Assembly: GCA_905198355.1 (NCBI GenBank)
Contig: CAJKCG010000001.1
Span: 52,347-116,346, forward strand
Direction: 5' to 3'
Length of the DNA stretch: 64,000 nucleotides
Source: an uncultured Collinsella sp.
GTDB taxonomy: Bacteria > Actinomycetota > Coriobacteriia > Coriobacteriales > Coriobacteriaceae
Of the stretch, positions 26,808 to 36,778 are shown piece after piece. The translations under genes were made by a program, and so were the position numbers. The notes below the pieces were generated by a model. That model saw nothing but the letters and a program-made list of their open reading frames with translations, did no database searches and had not been told where the DNA came from. Numbering within the stretch: the stretch's first letter is position 1; the number at the start of each line of letters is the position of its first letter.

Positions 26808-28226
26808 ATGGCGCTCATCACTTCGTACCACGTCCCCGGCCTGTATGTCGAGGACCACAGCATCGACGTCCCCCTCGACTGGCGCGGCCTGGAGCCGATG
26901 CTCCTGGCCGTCGGCAGCACTATGCGCCGCGGCGCCATGCCGGCGCCCATCGCCGGCGCGCCCGAGAGCATCAAGCTCTTCTACCGCGTGGTCTGCGCAC
27001 CCGACCGCATCAACGACGATCTGCCGCTGCTCCTGTTTTTGCAGGGCGGGCCCGGTGGCGAGAGCCCGCGTCCGCTGTCGCCCACGAGCGACGGCTGGAT
27101 TGAGGAGGCTGTCAAGCATTTCCGCGTCGTGCTGCCCGACCAGCGCGGAACGGGGCGCAGCAACTGCGTAGACGGGCGCACGATCGCGGCTCTGGGCGAG
27201 CGCGCGACGGCGGCCGGCTCCGATGCGGCCCGCTCGCAGGCGGACTTCCTCAAGCGCCACCTCGCCAGCTCCATCGTTCGCGATTTTGAGTACCTGCGCC
27301 TCGTGGGCTTTGGCGGCAGGCCGTGGGTCACGCTCGGCCAAAGCTACGGCGGCTTTTTAACGCTGAGCTATCTGTCGCTCTTCCCCGAGGGCGTGTCGGC
27401 GAGCTTTACCTGCGGTGGCATTCCGCATGTGCCGGCGAGCGCCAGTGAAGTCTACGCGCACACCTTTCCGCGCATGGCAGCCAAGACACAGCAATATTAC
27501 GACCGCTACCCCGCCGACGTCGAGCGCGTGGCGGCTCTTGCCGATGCGCTTGAGGAACAGAAGCCCGTGCTGCCCGACGGCTCGCCAATGACGGTGGAAC
27601 GCCTGCAGCTTATGGGCAGCGACTTTGGCATGAAGCCGAGCTTTGAGCGCATGCATTGGATTATCGATCACGCTTTTGTTGACGGCGACGGAACGCTGAG
27701 CTGCGGTGCCTCGGTATCCGATAGCTTTTTGATGCGCGCCTTCGAGCGCACCAACACACGCACGAATCCGCTGTACTGGACGTTGCAGGAATTCATCTAC
27801 GCCGACGGCGACACCATGCCCATTCGCTGGGCCGCGGCAGGAGAGAAAGCCCATCGTGCCGAGTTCGACACACTCGCGCGCCCGCTCATGTTTACCGGCG
27901 AGGCCACGTTCCCGTGGATGTTTGAGCAGATGCCCGAACTCAAGCCCTTCAAGCCCGCGATGGATCTGCTAATGGAAGACACCAGCTGGGACAAGATCTA
28001 CGACCCGCAGCGACTTGCCCGCAACGAGGTGCCACTCCAGGCCGCCGTGTATTTCGACGACATGTACGTGGACTCGGGCATGCAGCTCGACACGCTCAGC
28101 CACGTGGGCAACTCGCACGCCTGGGTGACGAACGAGTTTGAGCACGACGGCCTGCACGGCAGCGTGGTATTCAAGCACCTCTTCGACGAAGCCCTCAACC
28201 GCGGAGACCTGCGCCGAATCTTCTAG
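26808..28226 (+). CDS. alpha/beta hydrolase, prolyl aminopeptidase-like (S33 family)
   Basis: 472 aa; LLFLQGGPGG oxyanion-region motif and GQSYGG nucleophile elbow. Confidence 0.7.
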   Translation: MALITSYHVPGLYVEDHSIDVPLDWRGLEPMLLAVGSTMRRGAMPAPIAGAPESIKLFYRVVCAPDRINDDLPLLLFLQGGPGGESPRPLSPTSDGWIEEAVKHFRVVLPDQRGTGRSNCVDGRTIAALGERATAAGSDAARSQADFLKRHLASSIVRDFEYLRLVGFGGRPWVTLGQSYGGFLTLSYLSLFPEGVSASFTCGGIPHVPASASEVYAHTFPRMAAKTQQYYDRYPADVERVAALADALEEQKPVLPDGSPMTVERLQLMGSDFGMKPSFERMHWIIDHAFVDGDGTLSCGASVSDSFLMRAFERTNTRTNPLYWTLQEFIYADGDTMPIRWAAAGEKAHRAEFDTLARPLMFTGEATFPWMFEQMPELKPFKPAMDLLMEDTSWDKIYDPQRLARNEVPLQAAVYFDDMYVDSGMQLDTLSHVGNSHAWVTNEFEHDGLHGSVVFKHLFDEALNRGDLRRIF

Positions 28227-28555
28227 TGAAGAAGCGTCCCCGTCAACCGGCACAACAGGAACGTCCCCAAGTGCCGAATTCCCGAGCGCCGGATGACGCC
28301 CTTCGCCACGAAAGCGGCCCATCTACTACGTTTCGCCCGCATGGCCCAACCAGATGCCATAAATAAAGAAAACCGCAGGCGTTCTACCTGCGGTTTTCTT
28401 TTTGCAATTCTTTGCACGGTCACCGATAGCCTATTAAAAGTAGTAGATGGGCCGTTTTCGTGGCGACCAGCTCGGACATAAGCGCGGCGGGGCAAAGTTA
28501 CCCTGGTAATTTCGCCCCACGTGCATTGCAGATCGAAGGCGCCCGGCGTCGAGGC

Positions 28556-29683
28556 CTAAGCAAATACAATCAAGTTGTCCCTGTGGATCGCGGGCTTCTC
28601 GGCCAGGTCTGCCAGCAGGCGGTTGCTGGCGATCTGGTCCTGGCGGCGGCCGGCTGCAAGCTCCAGCACGTCCGAATCGGCCTCGGCGATACCGCGGGCG
28701 ACGACCATACCGCTCGGGTCGCACACGTCGAGCACATCGCCCTCGGAAAACACGCCATCGACCTCGCGAATACCCACCGTAAGCAAGGAAGAGCCACGGC
28801 TTACCAGCGCCTTCGCAGCACCATCATCGACCGTCACCGAGCCATGTGCCTTGTCACCCAGCGCGATCCACAGCTTGCGCGGCGCAATGTCCAGGCGCTC
28901 CGCCGGCGGATCGAACAGCGTACCCACGCTCTCGCCGCGGGCCAGACGCACGAGCGCATCGGGCTCCTCGCCCGAGCAAATCACGCTCTGAATGCCCGCC
29001 GTCATGAGAATGCGGCTCGCGCGGATCTTGGTGATCATGCCGCCCGTGCCCACCGATGTGGAAGAATCGCCCGCCGAGGCGATGATCTTGGCGTCGATCT
29101 TATGCACGACCGGGACGAACTCGGCCGTGGGATCCTCGTGCGGATTGGCGGTGTAGAGGCCATCGATGTCCGAGAGCGTCACGCACAGATCGGCAGAAAC
29201 CAGGCAGCTCACAAGCGCCGCCAGCGTGTCGTTGTCGCCAAACTTGATCTCATCGACGGTGACGGTATCGTTCTCGTTGACGACCGGCACCACGCCGAGC
29301 TCCACCAGGCGAAGCAGGGCGTCGCGCGCGTGCAGATAGGACGTGCGGCGCGCCGTGTCGTGGCGCGTGAGCAGCACGAGCGAGGTTAGTAGGTCACGCG
29401 CATGGAATTCCTCGTCGTAGGCCGACGAGATGATGCACTGGCCGGCCGAAGCGCATGCCTGAAGGCTCGGCAGATCGCCGACCGGCTTGCGGTCGAAGCC
29501 CAGCACGGGATAACCGCAGGCAATGGCGCCCGAGCTCACCACGACCAAGCGCCAGCCGAGCTTGCGCAGGGCCGCGGCCTGATCGGCCAGGCCACCGATA
29601 AAGGCGCGGTTGACCTTGCCGTCGGCACCCACCACCGTGGACGAACCGATCTTTACCACCATCGTTTTATAGGAAGTCGTCAT
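28556..29683 (-). CDS. proB: glutamate 5-kinase with PUA domain
   Basis: 375 aa; MVVKIGSS... amino-acid kinase fold; C-terminal PUA. Confidence 0.9.
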   Translation of the reverse strand: MTTSYKTMVVKIGSSTVVGADGKVNRAFIGGLADQAAALRKLGWRLVVVSSGAIACGYPVLGFDRKPVGDLPSLQACASAGQCIISSAYDEEFHARDLLTSLVLLTRHDTARRTSYLHARDALLRLVELGVVPVVNENDTVTVDEIKFGDNDTLAALVSCLVSADLCVTLSDIDGLYTANPHEDPTAEFVPVVHKIDAKIIASAGDSSTSVGTGGMITKIRASRILMTAGIQSVICSGEEPDALVRLARGESVGTLFDPPAERLDIAPRKLWIALGDKAHGSVTVDDGAAKALVSRGSSLLTVGIREVDGVFSEGDVLDVCDPSGMVVARGIAEADSDVLELAAGRRQDQIASNRLLADLAEKPAIHRDNLIVFA

Positions 29684-29762
29684 GCGTCAAACCAATCGAA
29701 TGTCGAGCGTTCGGGCGAGCCGGCGGCCGAGGGCATGCGATCCGCCCCTTCCGCCCAACGAA

Positions 29763-31268
29763 TTAGTGAGCCCAAGGGAAGGCCGAAGCCGCGGCCATGT
29801 TCTTGCGCACGAGCTCGTCGCGCACCTGGGCCAGGCCCTGCTCCATGCCCACCACGTAGGTCTGCGGGTACAGGAAGCGCTTGAAAGCCGCGTCCAGATG
29901 ATCGATTGACCAGGCACAACGCTCGCGCGCGTCCTCGATGCTCTCACGCGGAGCCACCGCGCTGCCGTCGCGGACGATCGGCACCAGCAGCTCACGATAC
30001 TCGAGCTCGGACACATCGGTCACCAAGGCGGCATCGTTCACAGCCACAAGGGTATTGCCGCGAGCGGCGCCCTCTCCTGCCAGATGGTCCTCGTCATAGA
30101 TCATGTCGCAGACCGGGCCGCCAAAGCCATCGTAATAGCGTCGCACGCGCTGCACGCCGGGGATCGTGCGCTTGCAGGGCTGCTCGGAAAGCTTCACCAC
30201 CGGCGTCCACGGCTCCCCGTCGCTCGCCCGACGGGCCGAAAGCTTGTACACGCCACCCAGCGCCGGCTGATCGTAGCAGGTCGCGAGCTTGGTGCCCACG
30301 CCAAAGCTGTCGATGGGCGCGCCCTGGTCGAGCAGCGACTGAATCGTGTACTCGTCCAGATCGTTGGAGACCGAAATCCCCACATAGGGCAGGCCCTCGG
30401 CGTCAAAACGGCCGCGAACATACTTGGACAACTTAGCCAGGTCGCCCGAGTCGATGCGAATGGCCGACAGGCGCTCACCCGCCGCCTCCATCTCCTTGGC
30501 AACCGTAATGGCATGTTCACAGCCCTCGCGCACGTCGTACGTGTCGATAAGCAGCGTGCAGTTCTTGGGGCTTGACTTGGCAAACGCACGGAAGGCCTCG
30601 AGCTCGGAGTCAAAGCTCATCACCCAGCTGTGCGCATGCGTGCCAAAGACGGGAATGCCGTAGCGGCGCCCGGCAAGCACGTTGGACGTAGAGGAGCAGC
30701 CGGCAACGTAGCTCGCGCGCGCAACGGCCAGGCCGCCATCGGGACCCTGGGCTCGACGCAGGCCAAACTCCGCCACAGGGCGACCGTCGGCGGCGAGCAC
30801 CACGCGCGCCGTCTTGGTGGCGACAAGCGTCTGGAACCCGACGATGTTGAGCAGCGCCGTCTCGAGCAGCTGGCACTCCAGCGCGGGGCCAGTGACGCGC
30901 ACCATGGGCTCGCGCGGAAAGACGAGCTCGCCCTCGGGCACGGCGTCAATGTTCACGTGTGCACGGAAGTTGCGCAGGTAGTCGAGGAATGCAGGCTTAA
31001 ACATCGCGCCGCCGGCCGGAGCCTGGAGCGAAGCTAGATAGTCGATGTCCTCGGGCGTAAAGCGCAGGTTCTCGACAAGCTCGGGCAGCTCGGCGGTGCC
31101 GCACATGACGGCATACGCGCTGCCGAAGGGATGGTCGCGGTAAAACGCGGTAAAACAACCCTGCTCATTGGCCTTGCCGCTCTCCCACAGGCCCTGGGCC
31201 ATAGTGAGCTCGTACAGATCGGTGAGCATTGCAATGTCGGTGGGATGCGAAATGTCGGTCAAAGCCAT
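29763..31268 (-). CDS. pncB: nicotinate phosphoribosyltransferase
   Basis: 501 aa from ATG at 31268; NAPRTase family. Confidence 0.85.
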   Translation of the reverse strand: MALTDISHPTDIAMLTDLYELTMAQGLWESGKANEQGCFTAFYRDHPFGSAYAVMCGTAELPELVENLRFTPEDIDYLASLQAPAGGAMFKPAFLDYLRNFRAHVNIDAVPEGELVFPREPMVRVTGPALECQLLETALLNIVGFQTLVATKTARVVLAADGRPVAEFGLRRAQGPDGGLAVARASYVAGCSSTSNVLAGRRYGIPVFGTHAHSWVMSFDSELEAFRAFAKSSPKNCTLLIDTYDVREGCEHAITVAKEMEAAGERLSAIRIDSGDLAKLSKYVRGRFDAEGLPYVGISVSNDLDEYTIQSLLDQGAPIDSFGVGTKLATCYDQPALGGVYKLSARRASDGEPWTPVVKLSEQPCKRTIPGVQRVRRYYDGFGGPVCDMIYDEDHLAGEGAARGNTLVAVNDAALVTDVSELEYRELLVPIVRDGSAVAPRESIEDARERCAWSIDHLDAAFKRFLYPQTYVVGMEQGLAQVRDELVRKNMAAASAFPWAH

Positions 31269-31350
31269 GGGGCGACCTTTCGGATGCGTTGTGCAGAAGT
31301 TGAGGGTTGGACGAGGCGAACGTGCGGGCATGGAGCCCGGCGCGAACAGG

Positions 31351-31800
31351 TTAGTGCAGGCCCATGCTGCCCGTGATCGTGTAGACCATAAAGACGATAA
31401 ACGCGATGAGGGCGAGCACGATGATGATTTTTTGAGCCGGAGCCATGCCGGGGATCTCATTCTCGCCCGTAGGCTCCTTGGAGGTGACCATGCGCTGGGC
31501 AAAGGTCATCTCGTCACGGCTTGGTTTGGGCTCGACGGGCTTGGGGTGAACGGCTTTTTTGGGCTGAGGCTTGGGTGCGGGCGCAGGCTTCGCGGCAGCG
31601 GGCTTGGGCGCGGGCGCCGGTGCGGGTGCGGCGTTCGCGGCGACCTCCTCGGCCTTCGCACGCTCGGCACGCAGGGCAGCCAGCTCCTCACGCTCGCGAC
31701 GGGCCTCTTCCCGAGCCTCGCGGCGTGCCTTCTCAGCGCGGAGCTCTTCCAACTCAGCGCGCTCCTCGTCGGACAATGGTTGGGACTCAAGCTCGGCCAT
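31351..31800 (-). CDS. membrane-anchored coiled-coil/Pro-Ala-rich protein
   Basis: 149 aa; charged coiled coil, PAPAPAPKP repeats, C-terminal TM helix. Confidence 0.5.
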   Translation of the reverse strand: MAELESQPLSDEERAELEELRAEKARREAREEARREREELAALRAERAKAEEVAANAAPAPAPAPKPAAAKPAPAPKPQPKKAVHPKPVEPKPSRDEMTFAQRMVTSKEPTGENEIPGMAPAQKIIIVLALIAFIVFMVYTITGSMGLH

Positions 31801-31864
31801 GGTACAGCCCTTTCTTTTAAAAAAAGCCGCCGACACAATGTCAGCGGCTTATCAAATCCAAGGG

Positions 31865-31937
31865 TGGAGACGAAGGGAGTCGAACCCTCGGCCTCTGCCA
31901 TGCGACGGCAGCGCTCTCCCAACTGAGCTACGTCCCC
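31865..31937 (-). tRNA. tRNA-Ala (anticodon CGC)
   Basis: G3:U70 identity pair; anticodon loop GTCGCAT; D- and T-arms fold. Confidence 0.8.
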
Positions 31938-31990
31938 AGGACAAGTCGATATTTTACCTACGGCTCGCCAACTGTCAACGCCCAATAACC

Positions 31991-32156
31991 AGTCTTTTTG
32001 GGGCGGGGCTATTTTAGCTACTTTCAGATGCCGGCTCGACCCCTGCCGAGAGTAGTCTTTTTGGGACGGGGCTTTTTAGCTGCCCCTGCCGTTAATCGGC
32101 CAAAACGTGTGCGCTCTCTGCTGGGGCTAAAAAAGCCCCGTCCCAAAAAGACTACT
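31991..32156. repeat. three copies of a ~30-bp unit AGTCTTTTTGGGRCGGGGCTWTTTTAGC (two direct, one inverted)
   Basis: Copies at 31991-32019, 32051-32081 and 32126-32156 (inverted). The latter two form a near-perfect 31-bp inverted repeat. Confidence 0.7.
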
Positions 32157-32164
32157 CAGCAGAG

Positions 32165-33118
32165 CTACTTTGCGCTGGTAAGAACACCGGTGGTGTCAAA
32201 CGCCGGGGTAAAGCTCTCGTCTACCGCGCCGCCCTCTTGCCAAAACATCGTCGTAAAGCCCAGGTCGTCGGCATGGTCGAGCGCCTGCTCGTACTCCTCG
32301 CGCGTTACGGCACGGGCCAACTCGCCGCCCTGCTCGCGCATGAGTGCATTGGGCGTGTACTGGTTCATAACCGAAATCGGCACGTCGCCCACCGTCTGCC
32401 ACACCAGGTCCAGCACGCGGCACGAATCGTCCGCATGCCCCGGCAGCACCAGGTGGCGCACGATGATACCGCGCTTCATGAGCCCGTCCTCGTCCACCAG
32501 CTCTCCCCCGCGGCGCTCGATCTCGCACGCCATCTGTGCCAGGCCCGACACGGCCACGCGCGGGTAATCCTTAATATGAGAAAGCGACTGCGCAAGCCCG
32601 GCATCGGCATATTTAAAGTCGGTGAGCCACACATCGACCAGGTCACCCAGGGCAGCTACGGCACTCGCCCGCTCATAGCCGCTCGTGTTGTAAACGATCG
32701 GGATGTCCAGCCCGCGCTCCCTCGCTGCGGCAATCGCGGCCGGCAGCAGGTGAGCATAATGCGTCGCAGTCACCAGGTTGATGTTGTTGGCTCCCTGGTC
32801 CTGCAGTTCCAGCATAATCTCGACCAGACGCTCAGGCGAAATCTCAAGGCCAAAATTGCCGGTCGAGATCTCGTGGTTCTGGCAGTAGATACATTTAAGC
32901 GAGCAGCCGCTAAAGAAGATCGTGCCCGAACCGGCCTCGCCCGAGATAGGCGGCTCCTCCCACATATGAAGCGCCGCGCGGGCCACCCTGAGCGTGTCGT
33001 TAGCACCGCATACGCCGCGCACGCCCTCATCGCGCGCCGCACCGCAACGGCGGGGACACAAATGGCAGGCGGGCGAAAAAAGTTCGGTCAACGACGTCGG
33101 CATAAAAACATGCTCCAA
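32165..33118 (-). CDS. radical SAM protein, PflX-like glycyl-radical-activase family
   Basis: 317 aa; N-terminal CHLCPRRC...GVCG cluster and GCSLKCIYCQN CxxxCxxC motif. Start uncertain (TTG at 33118 or ATG at 33103). Confidence 0.7.
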   Translation of the reverse strand: MEHVFMPTSLTELFSPACHLCPRRCGAARDEGVRGVCGANDTLRVARAALHMWEEPPISGEAGSGTIFFSGCSLKCIYCQNHEISTGNFGLEISPERLVEIMLELQDQGANNINLVTATHYAHLLPAAIAAARERGLDIPIVYNTSGYERASAVAALGDLVDVWLTDFKYADAGLAQSLSHIKDYPRVAVSGLAQMACEIERRGGELVDEDGLMKRGIIVRHLVLPGHADDSCRVLDLVWQTVGDVPISVMNQYTPNALMREQGGELARAVTREEYEQALDHADDLGFTTMFWQEGGAVDESFTPAFDTTGVLTSAK

Positions 33119-33368
33119 AACAACGATTCAGCAGCTCAAACGTAAAGGGCCAGGCCGCGTAGACGGCTCGAGCCCCAAGGCGCCGTAATCGTCCGACACG
33201 ATTTTTGTAATGTCAAGACTGGAATCGATAAAGTGCCGCTTTATGATGTAGGTATTCCGCCCCCCGCGGAGCAACTGGGTGAACCGTCGCGTTTATTTAG
33301 GGAGCCCACACAGTCGTACCTAGTACAGGTATCCTTCGTTGTTAAGGACGCTGGAACAGTCGATGAGG

Positions 33369-33396
33369 GCACCCACCTGTTTTAGGTGGGTTCATT
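33369..33396 (+). terminator. terminator-like hairpin inside a 480-bp noncoding region (CCCACCTGTTTTAGGTGGG followed by TTCATTTT)
   Basis: Seen directly. Could end a small RNA or attenuate a leader upstream of the wecA-like gene. Confidence 0.35.
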
Positions 33397-33629
33397 TTCG
33401 TAACGTGGGGGGTGGTTTTCTTTTGCCGAAAATCACCATTACAGTCCATATGGATCCCCGTCGGCATCCCGACAAGCCATCGACAACATCCCAATATCTG
33501 GTAAGCGCGTGATTATCGCTGCGTGCAATTACATGCACCCCCCTTGGTCGAGTATTATGGTTCGGCTATGCCCTTTGCGCATGGCGTTCTTCTGACCTTT
33601 TCCTTCGACGCTTGGCGGTTTTTAGATTC

Positions 33630-34829
33630 ATGGCTTCATCCCCGAGCTACATACCGTACCTATGCGTGGCAGCGGCGGCCTTTATCACGACCTTCCTCGC
33701 GGTGCCCCTGGTCAAGCGCTTGGCAATTAAGCTCGATGCCGTCGACTATCCTTCTAAGCGCCGCATCAACACAAAGCCCATCCCGCGTTTGGGCGGAACG
33801 GCGGTGTTTTTGGGCCTGGTCGTTGCCTGCATTGTGCAAATCCTAGGCACCTGGCACCTAGGCTGGCCACCCGTCCTGGTGCCGCACCCGCGCCTTCACA
33901 TTAGCTATCCCATGCTGGCGCTCTCCTTTACCGTCATCTTTGCGACCGGCGCTATCGACGACGTCTTCCAACTCAAGCCCAAGCAAAAGCTGGCCGGGCA
34001 GGTCCTCGCCGCGCTCATCGCCTGTATCGGCGGCCTGCGGATCGGCGTCATCGTCAACCCGTTTGCCCCCGGCGAAATCATGCTCGGGTGGCTCGCCTAC
34101 CCCATCACCGTAATCTATCTGGCGGCATTCACCAACATCATTAACCTCATCGACGGCCTCGACGGCTTGGCCACGGGCATCTGCGGCATCGCCTCGTTCA
34201 CCATGTTTTCGATGGCCGTTCTCTCGGGCCGCATCGACGCCGCCGCGCTCTCCATTGCGCTCTTTGGCGCCTGCCTGGCCTTTTTGCGCTACAACTTCAA
34301 CCCCGCAAGCATCTTCTTGGGCGACTCGGGGTCGCTGCTTCTGGGCTTTGCACTGGGCTCCATCTCGCTGCTCAACGTGAGCCGCACCGCCGCGCTCACC
34401 TCGCTTATCATCCCGCTCATCGTTGCCGGCGTGCCCATCATCGACACGTTTAGCGCCATCGTGCGCCGCAGGCGCGCCCACATTAGCATTGGGCAGGCCG
34501 ACAAGGGCCACATCCACCACCGCCTAATCCAAGAAGGCTACAACCAAAAACAGGCCGTGCTGCTCATCTATGCCTGGTGCATCATGCTTTCGGCCGGCGC
34601 CGCCGCGATTAACCAGGTCGAAGTGCCCATGCGTGTGCTCATCTTTACCGTGCTCGCCATTGGCTCGGCGGCCTTCGCCAAGCACCTGCACCTGTTTGAA
34701 CCCGTGCTACGCCACCATTACAACAAGCGCACGCACGAGGACGAGCTCGTCACCCCCGACGACCCCGCCTTTAAGCAGGAGGAGCAGGCAGCCGAGGAGC
34801 GCAAAGAAGAGCGCCACCACAAGCTCTAG
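33630..34829 (+). CDS. undecaprenyl-phosphate N-acetylhexosamine-1-phosphate transferase (WecA/TagO, MraY-like)
   Basis: 399 aa; NLIDGLDGLATG motif and multiple TM helices. Confidence 0.8.
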   Translation: MASSPSYIPYLCVAAAAFITTFLAVPLVKRLAIKLDAVDYPSKRRINTKPIPRLGGTAVFLGLVVACIVQILGTWHLGWPPVLVPHPRLHISYPMLALSFTVIFATGAIDDVFQLKPKQKLAGQVLAALIACIGGLRIGVIVNPFAPGEIMLGWLAYPITVIYLAAFTNIINLIDGLDGLATGICGIASFTMFSMAVLSGRIDAAALSIALFGACLAFLRYNFNPASIFLGDSGSLLLGFALGSISLLNVSRTAALTSLIIPLIVAGVPIIDTFSAIVRRRRAHISIGQADKGHIHHRLIQEGYNQKQAVLLIYAWCIMLSAGAAAINQVEVPMRVLIFTVLAIGSAAFAKHLHLFEPVLRHHYNKRTHEDELVTPDDPAFKQEEQAAEERKEERHHKL

Positions 34830-34999
34830 GGCAAGCTGCCGAGGATGTGCCAAGGCACCGTTGGCCAAGCGCGGCCGCGCCGCGCCCATCGCACAAGCCG
34901 CACCACGCGCGTCCCTCTCCCGCCCCTCGCCTACTTACGCACCGCCCCTCCAATAAACGCGTTATCATCTTGACCCATGAACATACGTTAGGAGCAATC

Positions 35000-36049
35000 A
35001 TGCCAAACGAGAACAGCTACGAAGTCGCGCTGCAAAAGAGCAACGCCATTCGCGAGGGCCTGACCAAAACGCCCGAGAAGTTCACCATGCTCACCGGCGA
35101 CCGCCCCACCGGCCGTCTGCACCTGGGCCACTACTTCGGTACCCTCAAGGGCCGTGTTGAGCTGCAGAACATGGGCGCCAAGACCAACGTGCTCATCGCC
35201 GACTACCAGGTCATCACTGACCGCGACACGACCGAGCACATCCAGGACAACGTGTACAACATGGTCATGGACTACCTTGCCTGCGGCATCGATCCCGACA
35301 AGACCATGATCTACGCGCACTCCGCCGTGCCCGCCGCCAACCAGCTCATGCTGCCGTTCCTGTCGCTGGTCTCCGAGGCCGAGCTGGCGCGCAACCCCAC
35401 CGTCAAGGCCGAGATGGAGGCCTCGGGCCACGAGCTCACCGGCCTTCTGCTCACCTACCCGGTGCATCAGGCCTGCGACATCCTGTTCTGCAAGGGCAAC
35501 GTCGTGCCCGTCGGCCGCGACCAGCTGCCGCACATCGAGCTCACCCGCACCATCGCCCGCCGCTTTAACAACCGCTACGGCAAGGTGTTCCCCGAGGTCG
35601 ACGCGCTGCTGTCCGAGACCCCGCTGCTGCCGGGCCTGGACGGTCGCAAGATGAGCAAGAGCTACGGCAACGCCATCAACATCTCGATGACCGCCGAGGA
35701 AACGGCCAAACGCATCAAGAAGAGCCAGACCGACTCCGAGCGCATGATCACGTTCGATCCCGAGAACCGCCCCGGCGTGTCTGGCCTGCTTTCAACAGCC
35801 GCCATCTGCACCGGCCGTTCCGAAGTCGAGATTGCCGAGGAGATCGGCATGGGCGGCTCCGGCCAGCTCAAGAAGTACGTGACCGAGGCCGTCAACGAGT
35901 ACTTCGCCCCGATCCGTGAGCGTCGCCAGCGCTACGAGAACGACCTGGATTACGTCAAGGACGTCCTGCACGAGGGCAATCGTCGCGCCAACGAGATCGC
36001 CGAGCGGACCCTGGCCGAGGTTCAGGACGCCATGGGCATGGTGTACTAG
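35000..36049 (+). CDS. trpS: tryptophan--tRNA ligase
   Basis: 349 aa; HLGHY and KMSKS class I motifs; AGGAG RBS. Confidence 0.9.
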   Translation: MPNENSYEVALQKSNAIREGLTKTPEKFTMLTGDRPTGRLHLGHYFGTLKGRVELQNMGAKTNVLIADYQVITDRDTTEHIQDNVYNMVMDYLACGIDPDKTMIYAHSAVPAANQLMLPFLSLVSEAELARNPTVKAEMEASGHELTGLLLTYPVHQACDILFCKGNVVPVGRDQLPHIELTRTIARRFNNRYGKVFPEVDALLSETPLLPGLDGRKMSKSYGNAINISMTAEETAKRIKKSQTDSERMITFDPENRPGVSGLLSTAAICTGRSEVEIAEEIGMGGSGQLKKYVTEAVNEYFAPIRERRQRYENDLDYVKDVLHEGNRRANEIAERTLAEVQDAMGMVY

Positions 36050-36102
36050 GCAAAGCGCTTTCGCACAACATAAACGGTGAGATTAGATTTCTCCCCGAAA
36101 CA

Positions 36103-36144
36103 GGAACAGGCCCGCTGGCAGCCAGTTGCCAGCGGGCCTGTTCC
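36103..36144 (+). terminator. 18-bp-stem hairpin after trpS (GGAACAGGCCCGCTGGCA gccagt TGCCAGCGGGCCTGTTCC)
   Basis: Perfect palindrome seen directly; no T-run follows. Confidence 0.55.
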
Positions 36145-36320
36145 CGAAGTACACCGTTGAATCGCACAGAGGGGAGGGATGCGAATCAAACTCAACAGGG
36201 CAGGCTTTTTCATCGCCTATTGCCTGCTCCGTTGCTGAAACCAATATAGTTCACCGTGGTTTACTTTGTAGCGGCAATAAGCGCCGCCATAGCTTCTCCA
36301 TAAGTTAGCTCTGGTAAACT

Positions 36321-36361
36321 AAAACCACCACAAAGAGGACAGGCACCTTTGTGGTGGTTTT
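36321..36361. repeat. 40-bp hairpin repeat, copy 3 (variant GAGGACAGGCA loop)
   Basis: Same ACCACCACAAAG stem. Confidence 0.8.
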
Positions 36362-36377
36362 AGCCACGGCAGAGCTG

Positions 36378-36698
36378 TTAGAGTCCGGCAGGCCAGCGAC
36401 AGGCGTCCAGATCGACGTGCATGGGATCGGTAAACGTCACGCGCTCCCCCATTAAGAGCTCACGCTGAGCATCGGGGCCGCCAAACGCAAAGCCATCGCA
36501 AATGCGGCCATCGGCAAACACCACACGATGGCAGGGAATCTGACCAGGGCGCGGATTGCTGTGCAGCGCATAGCCCACGTACCGCGCGCTTCGTGGACGA
36601 CCGGCGAGCAGCGCCACTTGGCCGTACGTGGCGACCATCCCCTCGGGAATCTGCTCGACCACCTCGTACACCCGCTCAAAAAAGCCCTCAGACGCCAT
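36378..36698 (-). CDS. MGMT-family protein (methylated-DNA--protein-cysteine methyltransferase DNA-binding domain)
   Basis: 106 aa; PCHRVV active-site motif. Confidence 0.75.
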   Translation of the reverse strand: MASEGFFERVYEVVEQIPEGMVATYGQVALLAGRPRSARYVGYALHSNPRPGQIPCHRVVFADGRICDGFAFGGPDAQRELLMGERVTFTDPMHVDLDACRWPAGL

Positions 36699-36727
36699 CG
36701 TCCACTCCTTTCAACCGGAACCAGCAT

Positions 36728-36768
36728 AAACCACCACAAAGGTGCCTGTCCCCTTTGTGGTGGTTTTT
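36728..36768. repeat. 40-bp hairpin repeat, copy 4 (loop inverted: GGTGCCTGTCCCC)
   Basis: Same stem; the loop is the reverse complement of copies 1, 2 and 5. Confidence 0.8.
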
Positions 36769-36778
36769 GGCAGGTCGG

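Noticed and set aside
28460-29389. 309-aa plus-strand ORF
   Set aside because: It is antisense to proB.
34830-35000. T-box leader upstream of trpS
   Set aside because: I could not find the conserved T-box/antiterminator sequence by eye. Left unannotated.
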